Below the pieces are notes generated by a model. That model did not search any database. It saw only the letters and a program-made list of their open reading frames with translations, and had not been told where the DNA came from. A program made the translations under genes and the position numbers. A DNA stretch of 64,000 bases from Pirellulales bacterium (GTDB taxonomy: Bacteria > Planctomycetota > Planctomycetia > Pirellulales > JAICIG01): positions 33,857 through 97,856 of the forward strand of contig JAICLL010000003.1 of the NCBI GenBank assembly GCA_025927475.1, in the 5' to 3' direction. Position 1 is the stretch's first letter. Each line of letters opens with the position of its first letter. Shown here piece after piece: positions 42,252 through 51,781 of this stretch.

Positions 42252-42905
42252 ATGGCAACCATCTCGACAATCTCTCCGCTGACCCTCGCCGAATTGGTAG
42301 AGCGGCTGGGCGGCGTGCCGCTCGACCGCATCCGCTGCCGGCCCGCGCTGGGGACGGCTACGGTCCAGGATGTCATCGACATTCAGGCCCGAGAAGAAAG
42401 ATTGTGCGAGCTCATCGATGGGGTCCTCGTGGAGAAGGTGATGGGGCTGCCCGAATCGCGTATCGGCACATGGATTGGAACCATCATCAATCGTTTTGTC
42501 ATGACGCACGACCTCGGCGCTGTCACCGGAGCCGATGGCACCATGCAGCTCTACCCCGATCGCGTGCGGATTCCTGACGTCGCCTTCACGAGCTGGGAGC
42601 GAATGCCGGATGAAGAATTTCCGTCGACGGCGGTTCCTTTGCTCTCGCCCGATCTGGCGGTCGAAGTGCTCAGCGAGGGCAACACCCCACGCGAGCTGGA
42701 GCTGAAGCGCCAGGACTATTTTGAGTCCGGCACCCGACTCGTCTGGCAAATCGATCCACGGCGGAAGACGGTGACCGTCTATCGGTCGCTGACGGATTCT
42801 CAGATATTCCGTGAGCAGGACCAATTAGGCGGCGGCGAGGTGCTGCCTGGTTTCTCGATCAAAGTCAGCGAACTTTTTCCGCCCCAGCGCCGCCGCCAGC
42901 CGTGA
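42252..42905 (+). CDS. Uma2 family putative endonuclease, copy 3
   Basis: ELIDGVLVEKVMG, RIPDVAF, LAVEVLS and YFESGTRLVWQIDP motifs. Confidence 0.9.
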   Translation: MATISTISPLTLAELVERLGGVPLDRIRCRPALGTATVQDVIDIQAREERLCELIDGVLVEKVMGLPESRIGTWIGTIINRFVMTHDLGAVTGADGTMQLYPDRVRIPDVAFTSWERMPDEEFPSTAVPLLSPDLAVEVLSEGNTPRELELKRQDYFESGTRLVWQIDPRRKTVTVYRSLTDSQIFREQDQLGGGEVLPGFSIKVSELFPPQRRRQP

Positions 42906-43729
42906 AGCCCGCCCTCAGCCAGGTCTGTTCGCTCGATTCGCCCTTCGAGAAAGACATCGAAGATTACGCCGCCGGCGCGTGCCACGCGGTCGAGATCTGG
43001 CTGGGCAAGCTCGAACGTTTTCTTGAGACGCACACGGTCGACGATGTTCGCCGGCTACTCGATGAGCATGAGATGGCCGCGCCGGTGGCCAGCTTTCAGG
43101 GCGGCCTGCTGGCCAGCCAGGGCGACGCCCGACGCGAGCACTGGGCGCATTTCGAGCGGCGGCTGAAGCTGCTGCGCTCGCTGGCTGTCGAAACGCTGGT
43201 AGTGGCCAGTGACGTCGCCGGGCCGCTGGCGCAGCAAGACCTCGACCGGGTGAGGGCGTCGTTGGTCCAAGCCGCCGGCTTGGCCCGCGAGCATGGACTG
43301 CGGCTGGCGTTGGAATTTCAATCGAACGCCACGCTGGGCAACAATCTGCAAACCGCCGCGGCCCTGGTGGCCGAAGCAGACTCGCCGCAGCTCGGATTGT
43401 GCGTCGATGCGTTTCATTACTACCTGGGGCCGAGCAAACCGGAAGACCTGGCGTATTTATCGCGAGAAAATTTGTTTCACGTGCAGTTGAGCGACCTCTC
43501 GGGCACGCCGCGCGAGTTGGCCGCCGACGGCGACCGCATCTTGCCCGGCGACGGCGACTTTCAGTTCATGCCCATTCTCAACGCACTGCGGGCGATCGAC
43601 TACCAGGGCTATGTTTCGGTGGAACTGATGAACCCGCAAATCTGGCGCGTGCCGGCGCGGCAATTCGGCGAGGTGGCCATGACGGCGCTGCGCAAGTTGC
43701 TCGGCCAGGCAAGCATGGGTGGAGTATAA
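42902..43729 (+). CDS. Sugar-phosphate isomerase/epimerase (AP endonuclease 2 TIM barrel)
   Basis: LALEF, CVDAFHY, HVQLSD, RILPGDG and SVELMN motifs. Confidence 0.88.
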   Translation: MKPALSQVCSLDSPFEKDIEDYAAGACHAVEIWLGKLERFLETHTVDDVRRLLDEHEMAAPVASFQGGLLASQGDARREHWAHFERRLKLLRSLAVETLVVASDVAGPLAQQDLDRVRASLVQAAGLAREHGLRLALEFQSNATLGNNLQTAAALVAEADSPQLGLCVDAFHYYLGPSKPEDLAYLSRENLFHVQLSDLSGTPRELAADGDRILPGDGDFQFMPILNALRAIDYQGYVSVELMNPQIWRVPARQFGEVAMTALRKLLGQASMGGV

Positions 43730-43736
43730 TTGGTCA

Positions 43737-44930
43737 ATGACCCATCCCAGCCGCAGCACTCGGCGCGAGTTTCTGCAAGGCAAATCGGCCGCCGATTCGA
43801 TCGCCGATTTGCTCGACCGCGGCGGGCCGGAGGCTGCACAGCCCGCCGCTGCAAGCGAGAGTTATCTGCTGCAGTTCGGCCGCCGGGCCATGGCCTGCCA
43901 ATTCGAGGCCTTTTTCAACGCCGGGCAATATGCCGCCGCCGCCGACGCCGCGATGGCGGCCTTCGATCTGATCGACTGTCTCGAAGCGCAAATGACGGTC
44001 TTCCGCGACGAGAGCGAGATCGCGCGCATGAACCGCTCCGCCGCCGAGCAGGCCGTCGAAGTCGAGCCGCGGCTGTTTGACTTGCTCCGGCGGGCCGTCG
44101 AGTTGCACTGGCAGACCGATGGCGCCCTGGACATCACCGCCGGGCCGTTGACCAAGGTCTGGGGGTTTTATCGGCGGCAAGGGGCGATTCCCGGCGCAGC
44201 GGAACTTGCCGAAGCCCGCGACCGCGTCGGCAGCCAATGGCTCGAGCTGGATGAGGCGGCTAGGACGATTCAATTTCGCAAGTCAGGCATGGAACTCAAT
44301 CTCGGGGCGATCGGCAAGGGATACGCCCTCGATCGTGCCGCCGAGGAACTGTTGGCGGCCGGCATCGACAGTTTCCTCTTGCACGGCGGCAGCAGCAGCG
44401 TGCTGGCCCGCGGCTCGTGTGGGCTGGCCGGCGGCGACGGTTGGAAGGTTGACCTGCGGCACCCCTTGCATCCAGAGCGCTCGATTGCCGAAATCCGACT
44501 GCGCGACCGAGCCTTGGGCACCTCGGGAGCCGGCACACAATTCTTCCGGCATCAAGGTCGGCGGTATGGGCACATTCTCGACCCGCGAACCGGCTGGCCC
44601 GCCGAGGGCGTCTATTCCACCACCGTCATCACCAGCCGCGCCGCCGACGCCGACGCCCTCGCCACCGCGCTCTATGTGCTCGGGCCCGAGCGCGCGGCGA
44701 CCTGGTGCCGGCGGCATCCAGAGGTCGGCCTTCTCATGGTGCTGCCGGGCGAAGGCGGCAAACGCGTCGAAGTGCTCGTCGAAGGCATTGCCGAGGGCGA
44801 CTATCGGCTGACGGGCACGCAACCGCCTTTCTTTCGCGGAACGCAAAACGAGCTTGCGCGTGCGGATTCGCACAGCCTGAGACAAGATGTCACGCCCGGC
44901 AAAGATCCGGAGCCAAATCAACACAGCTAA
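43737..44930 (+). CDS. apbE: FAD:protein FMN transferase (ApbE)
   Basis: AMACQF, LDITAGPL..WG, LNLGAIGKGYALD, TSG, HILDPRTG and ADALATA motifs. Confidence 0.9.
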   Translation: MTHPSRSTRREFLQGKSAADSIADLLDRGGPEAAQPAAASESYLLQFGRRAMACQFEAFFNAGQYAAAADAAMAAFDLIDCLEAQMTVFRDESEIARMNRSAAEQAVEVEPRLFDLLRRAVELHWQTDGALDITAGPLTKVWGFYRRQGAIPGAAELAEARDRVGSQWLELDEAARTIQFRKSGMELNLGAIGKGYALDRAAEELLAAGIDSFLLHGGSSSVLARGSCGLAGGDGWKVDLRHPLHPERSIAEIRLRDRALGTSGAGTQFFRHQGRRYGHILDPRTGWPAEGVYSTTVITSRAADADALATALYVLGPERAATWCRRHPEVGLLMVLPGEGGKRVEVLVEGIAEGDYRLTGTQPPFFRGTQNELARADSHSLRQDVTPGKDPEPNQHS

Positions 44931-45043
44931 CGCCGCGGAAAAAAAGGGCTGCGCGGGGTCTGTCAGCGCGATCAACATCGCGGCACGCCGCTTGCTTTTA
45001 TCAGGACCTAAACGTCCAGATATTCTGATTCGAGGCACCGCCG

Positions 45044-46948
45044 ATGAGTACGGCCCTTCTGCCTGAGGCAGGCACTTTGATTCCCGACTTGTTGCGAGCA
45101 CGGCCCCATGCGCGGGCCGTGCTCGATCGTTATGGCTTGCGTGGCTGCGGTGGACCGGAGGGACCCGCCGAGACGTTGGGCTTTTTTGCCCGAGCGCATG
45201 AGGTGCCGCTGGAGCGCTTGTGCCGCGAAATCGAAGAAGCGGCCCGCCGCCCTTCGCCGCCCACGCCGCCGGCGGTGCCCAAATCGGCGCTGGAAGACAC
45301 GCTCTACCGCCCGTTCTTCAAGGCGGGCATCGCCGTGGTGCTCACGCTCGGCGCCGCCTGGGGCGCCTATCTGCTGGCACGCATCGCCGTGGCCGGCTCG
45401 TTCACCGCGGCCGGCGTGCAAGCGATCAACGCTCACGGACATGCCCAAATTTTTGGCTGGGTCGGGCTGTTTGTGATGGGCTTCGCTTACCAGGCGTTCC
45501 CAAGATTCAAACACACCACGCTGGCGCATCCGCGCTTGGCGCTGGCCACGCTGTGGCTGCTGCTGGTCGGGCTGGTCGGCCGATCGGTCGGGCAGATGCT
45601 GGCGGGCAGCTATTCGTGGATCTGGTGGATGACAGTGGCGGCGTCAGCTTGCGAAGTGGCCGCGGTCGCCATGTTCGCCTGGCTGATTGTCGTCACCTGG
45701 CGCCGCAGCGGTAAACCGCTGGCGTTCTATGAATACTACATTCTTTCGGCCCTGGGTTGGTTTCTGGCGCAGACCGTCTATGAAGGCGTGTACCTGACCA
45801 TCACGTCGTCGGCGCGCGGCGATGAGTTGGTGGCGCTGGTCTCCACCTGGCAAGCGCCGCTGCGCGATATGCAGATTCATGGCTTCGCGCTGCTGATCAT
45901 TCTAGGCGTGAGCCAGCGCCTCTTTCATCACTTCTATGGCTTACCGATCGCCAACAGCCGGCTCAGCCTGACTCTGCTGGCGGTGCTCAATGCGGCGGTC
46001 GTGGGCGAAGCGACGGGCCTGGTGTTGATGAAAACCGTGGGCCATGCCTGGGCCGCGCTCTGGTATGGTTCGGTGTTGGCCCTGGCGGCCGCGACCGCCG
46101 TGCTCGTCAAAAGCTGGCACATCTTTTCGCCCGCCGAAGACGGCGACCGCAGTCTGAAGTTTTTGCGTGCGGCGTATGTCTGGCTGTTTGTTTCGCTGAC
46201 GATGCTCGTGGCGCTGCCGGCGTATCAGTATGGCTTGTTGGGCGCCCTGGCGCCCGAAAGCGCCGCCGCGCGGTTGGGTTTTTCGCACGCTTACTATGGC
46301 GCCGCCCGGCACGCCATTACCGTCGGGTTTGTGAGCCTGATGATCGTGGGCGTCGCGGCAAAGGTCGTGCCCACGCTCAATGGCATCGCGCCGGCCAGCC
46401 TCACCGCGCTCTGGCCGACCTTTGTGCTGATCAACTGCGGATGCGCGTTGCGGGTTTTCGGACAAACGCTCACCGATTTTTCGAGCCACGCCTACGCCCT
46501 GGCGGGAGTCAGCGGAACGTTGGAAGTGACGGGACTGGCAATCTGGGGCTGGCACCTGTGGCGCGTGATGTCGGGCAAGGCAACCGAGCGTGCGGGGGCT
46601 ACGCTGGACACGACCGCGCCGGTGAACGGCCCGATCGAACCGCGCCACACCGTGGCGGCGGTGCTCGACCGCTTTCCAGACCTCTTGCCCACCTTTGTGT
46701 CGTTTGGCTTCAAGATGCTTGCCGATCCGCATTTCCGACGCGGCATCGCCCGGGTCGTCACGATCGAACGCGCTTGCCGCCGGATGGGCGTCGATTGCCA
46801 GCGGTTTGTGGCGGCACTGAACGAAGCTCGCATCGCGCGCCTGCAAATGATTGCCGCCGACGAGGTACATGTTTTGCCCGCGGTGAGAAGGGCGGGTGAT
46901 GAGGAACCAAGGTCCGCCTCGCTGCAACACAGCCATGCGTCTCTGTAG
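45044..46948 (+). CDS. NnrS-like polytopic membrane protein with ScdA_N-like and DUF1858-like terminal domains
   Basis: N-terminal VLDRYGLRGCGG; HGHAQIFGW, QIHGF and RHAITVGF membrane His motifs; C-terminal TVAAVLDRFP..FGF..TIERACR. Confidence 0.75.
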   Translation: MSTALLPEAGTLIPDLLRARPHARAVLDRYGLRGCGGPEGPAETLGFFARAHEVPLERLCREIEEAARRPSPPTPPAVPKSALEDTLYRPFFKAGIAVVLTLGAAWGAYLLARIAVAGSFTAAGVQAINAHGHAQIFGWVGLFVMGFAYQAFPRFKHTTLAHPRLALATLWLLLVGLVGRSVGQMLAGSYSWIWWMTVAASACEVAAVAMFAWLIVVTWRRSGKPLAFYEYYILSALGWFLAQTVYEGVYLTITSSARGDELVALVSTWQAPLRDMQIHGFALLIILGVSQRLFHHFYGLPIANSRLSLTLLAVLNAAVVGEATGLVLMKTVGHAWAALWYGSVLALAAATAVLVKSWHIFSPAEDGDRSLKFLRAAYVWLFVSLTMLVALPAYQYGLLGALAPESAAARLGFSHAYYGAARHAITVGFVSLMIVGVAAKVVPTLNGIAPASLTALWPTFVLINCGCALRVFGQTLTDFSSHAYALAGVSGTLEVTGLAIWGWHLWRVMSGKATERAGATLDTTAPVNGPIEPRHTVAAVLDRFPDLLPTFVSFGFKMLADPHFRRGIARVVTIERACRRMGVDCQRFVAALNEARIARLQMIAADEVHVLPAVRRAGDEEPRSASLQHSHASL

Positions 46949-46990
46949 GGAACGGACTCCGTGCCGTTCCCTACAAACGTCGAACGTAAA
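46944..46990. repeat. Double-ended REP family A copy overlapping the NnrS-like stop codon
   Basis: TGTAGGGAACGG-ACTCCGTG-CCGTTCCCTACA (12-bp perfect stem) plus an AACGTCGAACGTAA flank. Confidence 0.85.
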
Positions 46991-47068
46991 ACCTGCCGCT
47001 CTGGACTCAAACCTAACTGCGAACATCTAGGTCGCCTGGTCTTTCAATAACCTTTGACGGAGCAAACG

Positions 47069-49375
47069 ATGCACTATCGTAAATTATGGCTAGGACTAAC
47101 GACCGTGGTGATCGCGTCGTTCGCCGTGCTCGGCTATTACGGCGCTGAAATTTATCGCCTGGCGCCGCCCATACCGCAGCGTGTGGTGACCACCGACGGC
47201 AAGGTGCTCTTCACCGGCGACGACATCCGCGACGGGCAAAATGTCTGGCAGTCGCTGGGCGGGCAAGAGGTCGGCTCGATCTGGGGCCACGGCGCCTATG
47301 TGGCCCCCGATTGGTCGGCCGATTGGCTGCATCGCGAGGCGCGCTGGATGCTCGATCGTTGGGCGCGGCAAGAGCATCAGCAGACCTATGACAACCTGCC
47401 GGTCGAAGCTCAGGCGGCCTTGCAAGCGCGGCTTCAAAAGGAGCTGCGCACCAATACCTATGATGCCGCCAGCGGCGATCTGACGGTTTCGCCCGATCGC
47501 GCCGAGGCCATTCAGACGGTGGGCGAGCATTACGCCGCGGTGTTTGGCGACGCGCGTGAGGCGGCTTCGCAGCGCGACGCCTACGCCATTCCGGCCAATG
47601 CCATCAAGTCGCCCGAACGCCAGCGATTGCTGAATTCGTTTTTCTTTTGGACGTCTTGGGCGTGCGTCACCCAGCGGCCCGGCAGCGACGTCAGCTATAC
47701 GCAAAACTGGCCTTCTGAGCCGCTGGTGGGCAACGCGCCCACCGGGTCGATTGTGATTTGGTCGGTGCTCAGTTTTGTCTGGCTGTTGGCGGGCATCGGG
47801 GCGCTCGGCTGGTACTTCGCCGTTCAAAATCGCAAAAAGAGCGACGAAGACGACCACCTGCCCGCCAAAGATCCGCTGCTCGCCCTGAACCCGACGCCCT
47901 CGATGCGGGCCACGCTCAAATATTTCTGGGTGTGCGCCGCGCTAATGGTGTTGCAAGTGGGCCTGGGGGCGGTCACAGCTCACTATGGAGTCGAAGGGTC
48001 GGGCTTCTATGGCATCCCGCTGGCCAAATACCTTCCCTACGCCGTCACGCGCACCTGGCACACGCAGCTTGGCGTCTTCTGGATTGCCACTGCCTGGCTG
48101 GCCACCGGGCTGTTCATGGCCCCGGCGGTGTCGGGCTACGAGCCCAAGTTTCAACGCCTCGGCGTGAATGTGCTGTTCGGCTGCTTGCTGGTCATCGTGC
48201 TTGGCTCGATGTTCGGGCAGTGGCTCGGCGTGCAACAGCGTCTGGGCTTCGACGCCAACTTCTGGTTTGGCCATCAAGGATACGAATACGTCGATCTGGG
48301 CCGCTTCTGGCAGCTCTTTCTGTTTGCTGGCTTGTTTATCTGGCTGGCGTTGATGGCCCGCGCCATGTGGCCGGCCTTCCGCCAGCCAGGCGAAGGGCGG
48401 CACCTGCTCGCGTTGTTTCTCATCTCGTCGTTGGCCATCGCCGGCTTTTATGGGGCGGGGCTGATGTGGGGGCGGCAGACCAACCTGGCCATCGCCGAAT
48501 ACTGGCGGTGGTGGGTCGTGCATCTCTGGGTCGAAGGCTTTTTTGAGGTCTTCGCCACGGTGGTCATCGCCTTCCTGTTTACGCGCATGGGGCTGCTGAA
48601 GGCCGCCACGGCTTCGGCCGCCGTGATCTTCTCGACCACCATCTTTCTGTCGGGCGGAATTCTGGGCACGTTTCACCACCTGTATTTCTCGGGCACGCCC
48701 ACGGCCATTCTGGCGCTGGGCGCCATGTTCAGCGCCCTGGAAGTCGTGCCGCTGGTGCTGATTGGTTTCGAGGCGTATGAAAACCTGACGCTCACGCGGG
48801 CGCGCCCCTGGGTGGCCGGCTATAAGTGGCCGATCTATTTCTTCGTGGCCGTGGCCTTCTGGAACCTGGTGGGCGCGGGATTGTTCGGCTTTTTAATCAA
48901 TCCGCCGATCGCGCTGTACTACATGCAAGGGCTGAACACCACGCCGGTGCACGGTCACACCGCGCTGTTCGGCGTGTATGGCATGCTTGGCATTGGTCTC
49001 ATGTTGTTCTGTCTGAAGGGGCTGGCCACGCGCAGCGTGTGGCGTACACGGCTCTTGGGCTTCTCCTTCTGGGCGATCAATATCGGCCTGGGCCTGATGG
49101 TGCTGATCAGCATCCTGCCAGTGGGTCTGTTGCAGACCTGGGCCAGCGTGCAATACGGCATGTGGTACGCCCGATCGGCGGAGTTCATGCAAACCGATCT
49201 CATGGACACGCTGCGTTGGCTGCGTGTGGTCGGCGACACGATCTTTGCCGTGGGCATTGTGGGGCTGGGTTGGTTTGTGTTGGGTTTGAAGACGGGCTGG
49301 TCGGTGGTTCCGGTGGAAAGCCGCGAGCGGGCGCCAAGCCCTCCGTTGTCTGGACATGCACGCCCATCTGTGTAA
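47069..49375 (+). CDS. norZ: Quinol-dependent nitric oxide reductase (qNor)
   Basis: GSIWGHGAYVAPDWSADWLH, TWHTQL, GYEYVDLGR, VVHLWVEGFFE, GTFHHLY and VHGHTALFGVYG motifs; GGAG RBS. Confidence 0.95.
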   Translation: MHYRKLWLGLTTVVIASFAVLGYYGAEIYRLAPPIPQRVVTTDGKVLFTGDDIRDGQNVWQSLGGQEVGSIWGHGAYVAPDWSADWLHREARWMLDRWARQEHQQTYDNLPVEAQAALQARLQKELRTNTYDAASGDLTVSPDRAEAIQTVGEHYAAVFGDAREAASQRDAYAIPANAIKSPERQRLLNSFFFWTSWACVTQRPGSDVSYTQNWPSEPLVGNAPTGSIVIWSVLSFVWLLAGIGALGWYFAVQNRKKSDEDDHLPAKDPLLALNPTPSMRATLKYFWVCAALMVLQVGLGAVTAHYGVEGSGFYGIPLAKYLPYAVTRTWHTQLGVFWIATAWLATGLFMAPAVSGYEPKFQRLGVNVLFGCLLVIVLGSMFGQWLGVQQRLGFDANFWFGHQGYEYVDLGRFWQLFLFAGLFIWLALMARAMWPAFRQPGEGRHLLALFLISSLAIAGFYGAGLMWGRQTNLAIAEYWRWWVVHLWVEGFFEVFATVVIAFLFTRMGLLKAATASAAVIFSTTIFLSGGILGTFHHLYFSGTPTAILALGAMFSALEVVPLVLIGFEAYENLTLTRARPWVAGYKWPIYFFVAVAFWNLVGAGLFGFLINPPIALYYMQGLNTTPVHGHTALFGVYGMLGIGLMLFCLKGLATRSVWRTRLLGFSFWAINIGLGLMVLISILPVGLLQTWASVQYGMWYARSAEFMQTDLMDTLRWLRVVGDTIFAVGIVGLGWFVLGLKTGWSVVPVESRERAPSPPLSGHARPSV

Positions 49376-49401
49376 AAGTGGAGGTAAAGGTCCAGATATG
49401 A

Positions 49402-49512
49402 GTAGGGTGGGCCGAGCGGCAGTGAGCCCCACCATTGGGCCGAAAACAGATTGAGGCAGTGCGAGCCTTCACGGAACGGCACGGAGTCCGTTCCCTACAG
49501 AACGTCTAAACG
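49402..49512. repeat. Heterologous inverted REP doublet (family B + family A)
   Basis: GTAGGGTGGGCCGAGCGGCAGTGAGCCCCACC (+) and GTAGGGAACGGACTCCGTGCCGTTCC (-). Confidence 0.8.
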
Positions 49513-49537
49513 AGTTTCCATCCGAAGCGGTCACGCA

Positions 49538-50842
49538 ATGTATTCCCACTCGCCACTTCGCTCCTGTTGGGCGGCCTGCGTCCTGGTGCTGTTGTCGGCC
49601 GCGACCGCCCACGGCGAGTTGCCCTATGAGTCGGAGCCGATCAATTACCTCACCGCGCCGCTGACCGATCCGGTGGCGCGGTTGCAGAGCAAGCTCGAGC
49701 GCGGCGAGGCCGAATTGAAATACGACGACCAATACGGCTACTTGCCCGACCTGTTGCGGCAATTAGAGATTAGCCCCGCTTCGCAAATGCTGGTGTTTTC
49801 GAAAACCAGTTTCCAGCGCAGCCGCATCTCGCGCCGCAGCCCGCGGGCGGTCTACTTCAACGACGACACCTATATCGGCTTCGTGCAGCAGGGCGAAGTG
49901 ATCGAAATCTCAGCGGCCGATCCGCGGCAAGGCGCCGTCTTCTACACGCTAGCGCAAGCCAAAGCCGAGCGGCCCATGTTGCGGCGCGAGACGCACGATT
50001 GCCTGCAATGCCATTCGTCGTCAAAAACCCAGGACGTGCCCGGCCATTTGGTACGGTCGGTGTTTCCCGACGGCTCGGGCATGCCGGTGTTCAACGCCGG
50101 CACCTTCAACACCAGCCACGAAAGCCCGCTCAAAGAGCGGTGGGGCGGCTGGTATGTAACCGGCACGCACGGCCAGCAGCGGCACATGGGCAATGTGACC
50201 GTCACCGATCGGCAGCGGCCCGAGCGGCTCGATATCGAAGCGGGGGCCAATGTCACCGAGCTGACAAAGCTGATTGACACCAAGCCCTATCTGACCGGGC
50301 ATAGCGACATCGTGGCCCTGATGGTGCTCGAACATCAGGTGAAGATGCACAACCTGATTACCGCCGCGGGCTATCACGCGCGGCTGGCGCTGCACTATGA
50401 AGCCTCGATCAACAAGGCCCTCGGCCGGCCCGCCGACCATCTTTCCGAGAGCACGCAGAGCCGCTACAAAACGCCCGCCGACAAGCTCTTGAAGTATCTG
50501 CTGTTCACCGAAGAGACGCCGCTGGCGGGCCGCGTCACAGGCACATCTCCGTTTGCCCACGAGTTTGCCGCGCGCGGGCCGCGCGACCGGCAGGGCCGCT
50601 CGCTGCGCGATTTCGATCTGGAGCACTGGCTGTTCAAGTATCCGTGCAGCTACGAGATCTATTCGGCCGCCTTTGACGGCTTGCCCGATGTCGTGAAACA
50701 GCACGTCTATCGCCGGCTATACGACGTCCTGATTGGCCAGGACCAATCGAGTGATTTTGCGCGATTGAGCGCCGCCGATCGTCAGGCGATCCGCGAGATT
50801 CTGCTCGACACCAAGCCCGGCTTGCCAGACTACTGGAAATAG
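49538..50842 (+). CDS. Secreted hypothetical protein with one CxxCH (putative c-type cytochrome)
   Basis: Signal peptide; LVFSKTSFQ, PRAVYFNDD, CLQCH, RWGGWYVTG and SLRDFDL..LFKYPCSY motifs. Confidence 0.75.
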   Translation: MYSHSPLRSCWAACVLVLLSAATAHGELPYESEPINYLTAPLTDPVARLQSKLERGEAELKYDDQYGYLPDLLRQLEISPASQMLVFSKTSFQRSRISRRSPRAVYFNDDTYIGFVQQGEVIEISAADPRQGAVFYTLAQAKAERPMLRRETHDCLQCHSSSKTQDVPGHLVRSVFPDGSGMPVFNAGTFNTSHESPLKERWGGWYVTGTHGQQRHMGNVTVTDRQRPERLDIEAGANVTELTKLIDTKPYLTGHSDIVALMVLEHQVKMHNLITAAGYHARLALHYEASINKALGRPADHLSESTQSRYKTPADKLLKYLLFTEETPLAGRVTGTSPFAHEFAARGPRDRQGRSLRDFDLEHWLFKYPCSYEIYSAAFDGLPDVVKQHVYRRLYDVLIGQDQSSDFARLSAADRQAIREILLDTKPGLPDYWK

Positions 50843-50895
50843 CTGCATTGGTCAGGCTTTCCCGCGTGGCGGCTGGCAATTAAACTGCACGTTAT

Positions 50896-51513
50896 ATGTC
50901 GACAACGGATTTCAGCCTTGGTTTTGCCGGCACGCCGCCCTGGAAAGACGTGTTGGAAGAGCTCCTTCCCGGGCAAGGGAACTGGAACGACGAGCAGTAC
51001 CTGACGCTTACCGATGGCGCTCGTCGCCTGGTCGAGTTTACCGATGGCGTGCTGGAGATTCTGCCGATGCCGACGGATCGCCACCAATCGATCGTCAAGT
51101 TCTTGCTCTTCGCGTTGGATCGCTTCATCACTCCCCTCGGTGGGACAGTTCTGTTCTCACCATTGCGGTTGCAGATCAGGCCGGGCAAGTACTGCGAACC
51201 CGATCTGATCGTGTTGCGATCGGCCTGCGATCCGCGCCGGCAAGACCGCTATTGGACGGGCGCCGATCTGGTCGTTGAGGTCGTCAGCTCCGGACGTGTC
51301 GAACGCGACACGGTCGAAAAGCGCGCCGACTACGCGGAGGCCCGTGTCTCGGAATACTGGATCGTGAATCCCGAGGAAGAGACGATCACCGTCTTGAAGC
51401 TGGCTGGCAGCGCCTACGCCGAGGCAGGAGTTTTTCGTAGGAGCGACACGGCGACCTCCCCGTTGCTTGCGGGGTTCTCGGTCGCGGTCGCCGCGGTCTT
51501 CGCGGCGATTTAG
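50896..51513 (+). CDS. Uma2 family putative endonuclease, copy 4 (different subfamily)
   Basis: VEFTDGVLEILPMP..HQ, EPDL, LVVEVVS and KRADYAEA..EYWIVNP motifs. Confidence 0.88.
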   Translation: MSTTDFSLGFAGTPPWKDVLEELLPGQGNWNDEQYLTLTDGARRLVEFTDGVLEILPMPTDRHQSIVKFLLFALDRFITPLGGTVLFSPLRLQIRPGKYCEPDLIVLRSACDPRRQDRYWTGADLVVEVVSSGRVERDTVEKRADYAEARVSEYWIVNPEEETITVLKLAGSAYAEAGVFRRSDTATSPLLAGFSVAVAAVFAAI

Positions 51514-51541
51514 CACACGCGGATCAAGGGGATTTTGCACC

Positions 51542-51781
51542 ATGTCGATGGCCAACACAATCACGGTCGAAGACGCCCAGGCTTCGCTGAAAAGCTTGAT
51601 CCATCAACTGGCGGCGGGAGATGAAGTGATCATCACCGAAAACCAGCGGCCCGTCGCCAGACTGATTGGCGAGTCGACGCGGGTTCGGCGCCCGCGCACT
51701 CCTGGAAACTGCAAGGGCATGATCGCCCTGCTCATCGAAGATGATGAGCACTTGGAAGGTTTTGCCGACTACATGCCATGA
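51542..51781 (+). CDS. Phd/YefM-family antitoxin
   Basis: ITVEDAQASLKSLI..GDEVIITENQRPVARL..RTPG; its stop overlaps the ATG of a PIN stub (ATGA). Confidence 0.82.
   Translation: MSMANTITVEDAQASLKSLIHQLAAGDEVIITENQRPVARLIGESTRVRRPRTPGNCKGMIALLIEDDEHLEGFADYMP

Noticed and set aside
44991-45004. FNR/DNR box upstream of the NnrS-like gene
   Set aside because: TTGCT-TTT-ATCAG has a 3-nt spacer instead of 4 and two mismatches.
47069-49375. Possible nitric oxide dismutase (Nod)
   Set aside because: The active-site motifs are canonical qNor (HLWVEGFFE, GTFHH), without the substitutions typical of Nod.
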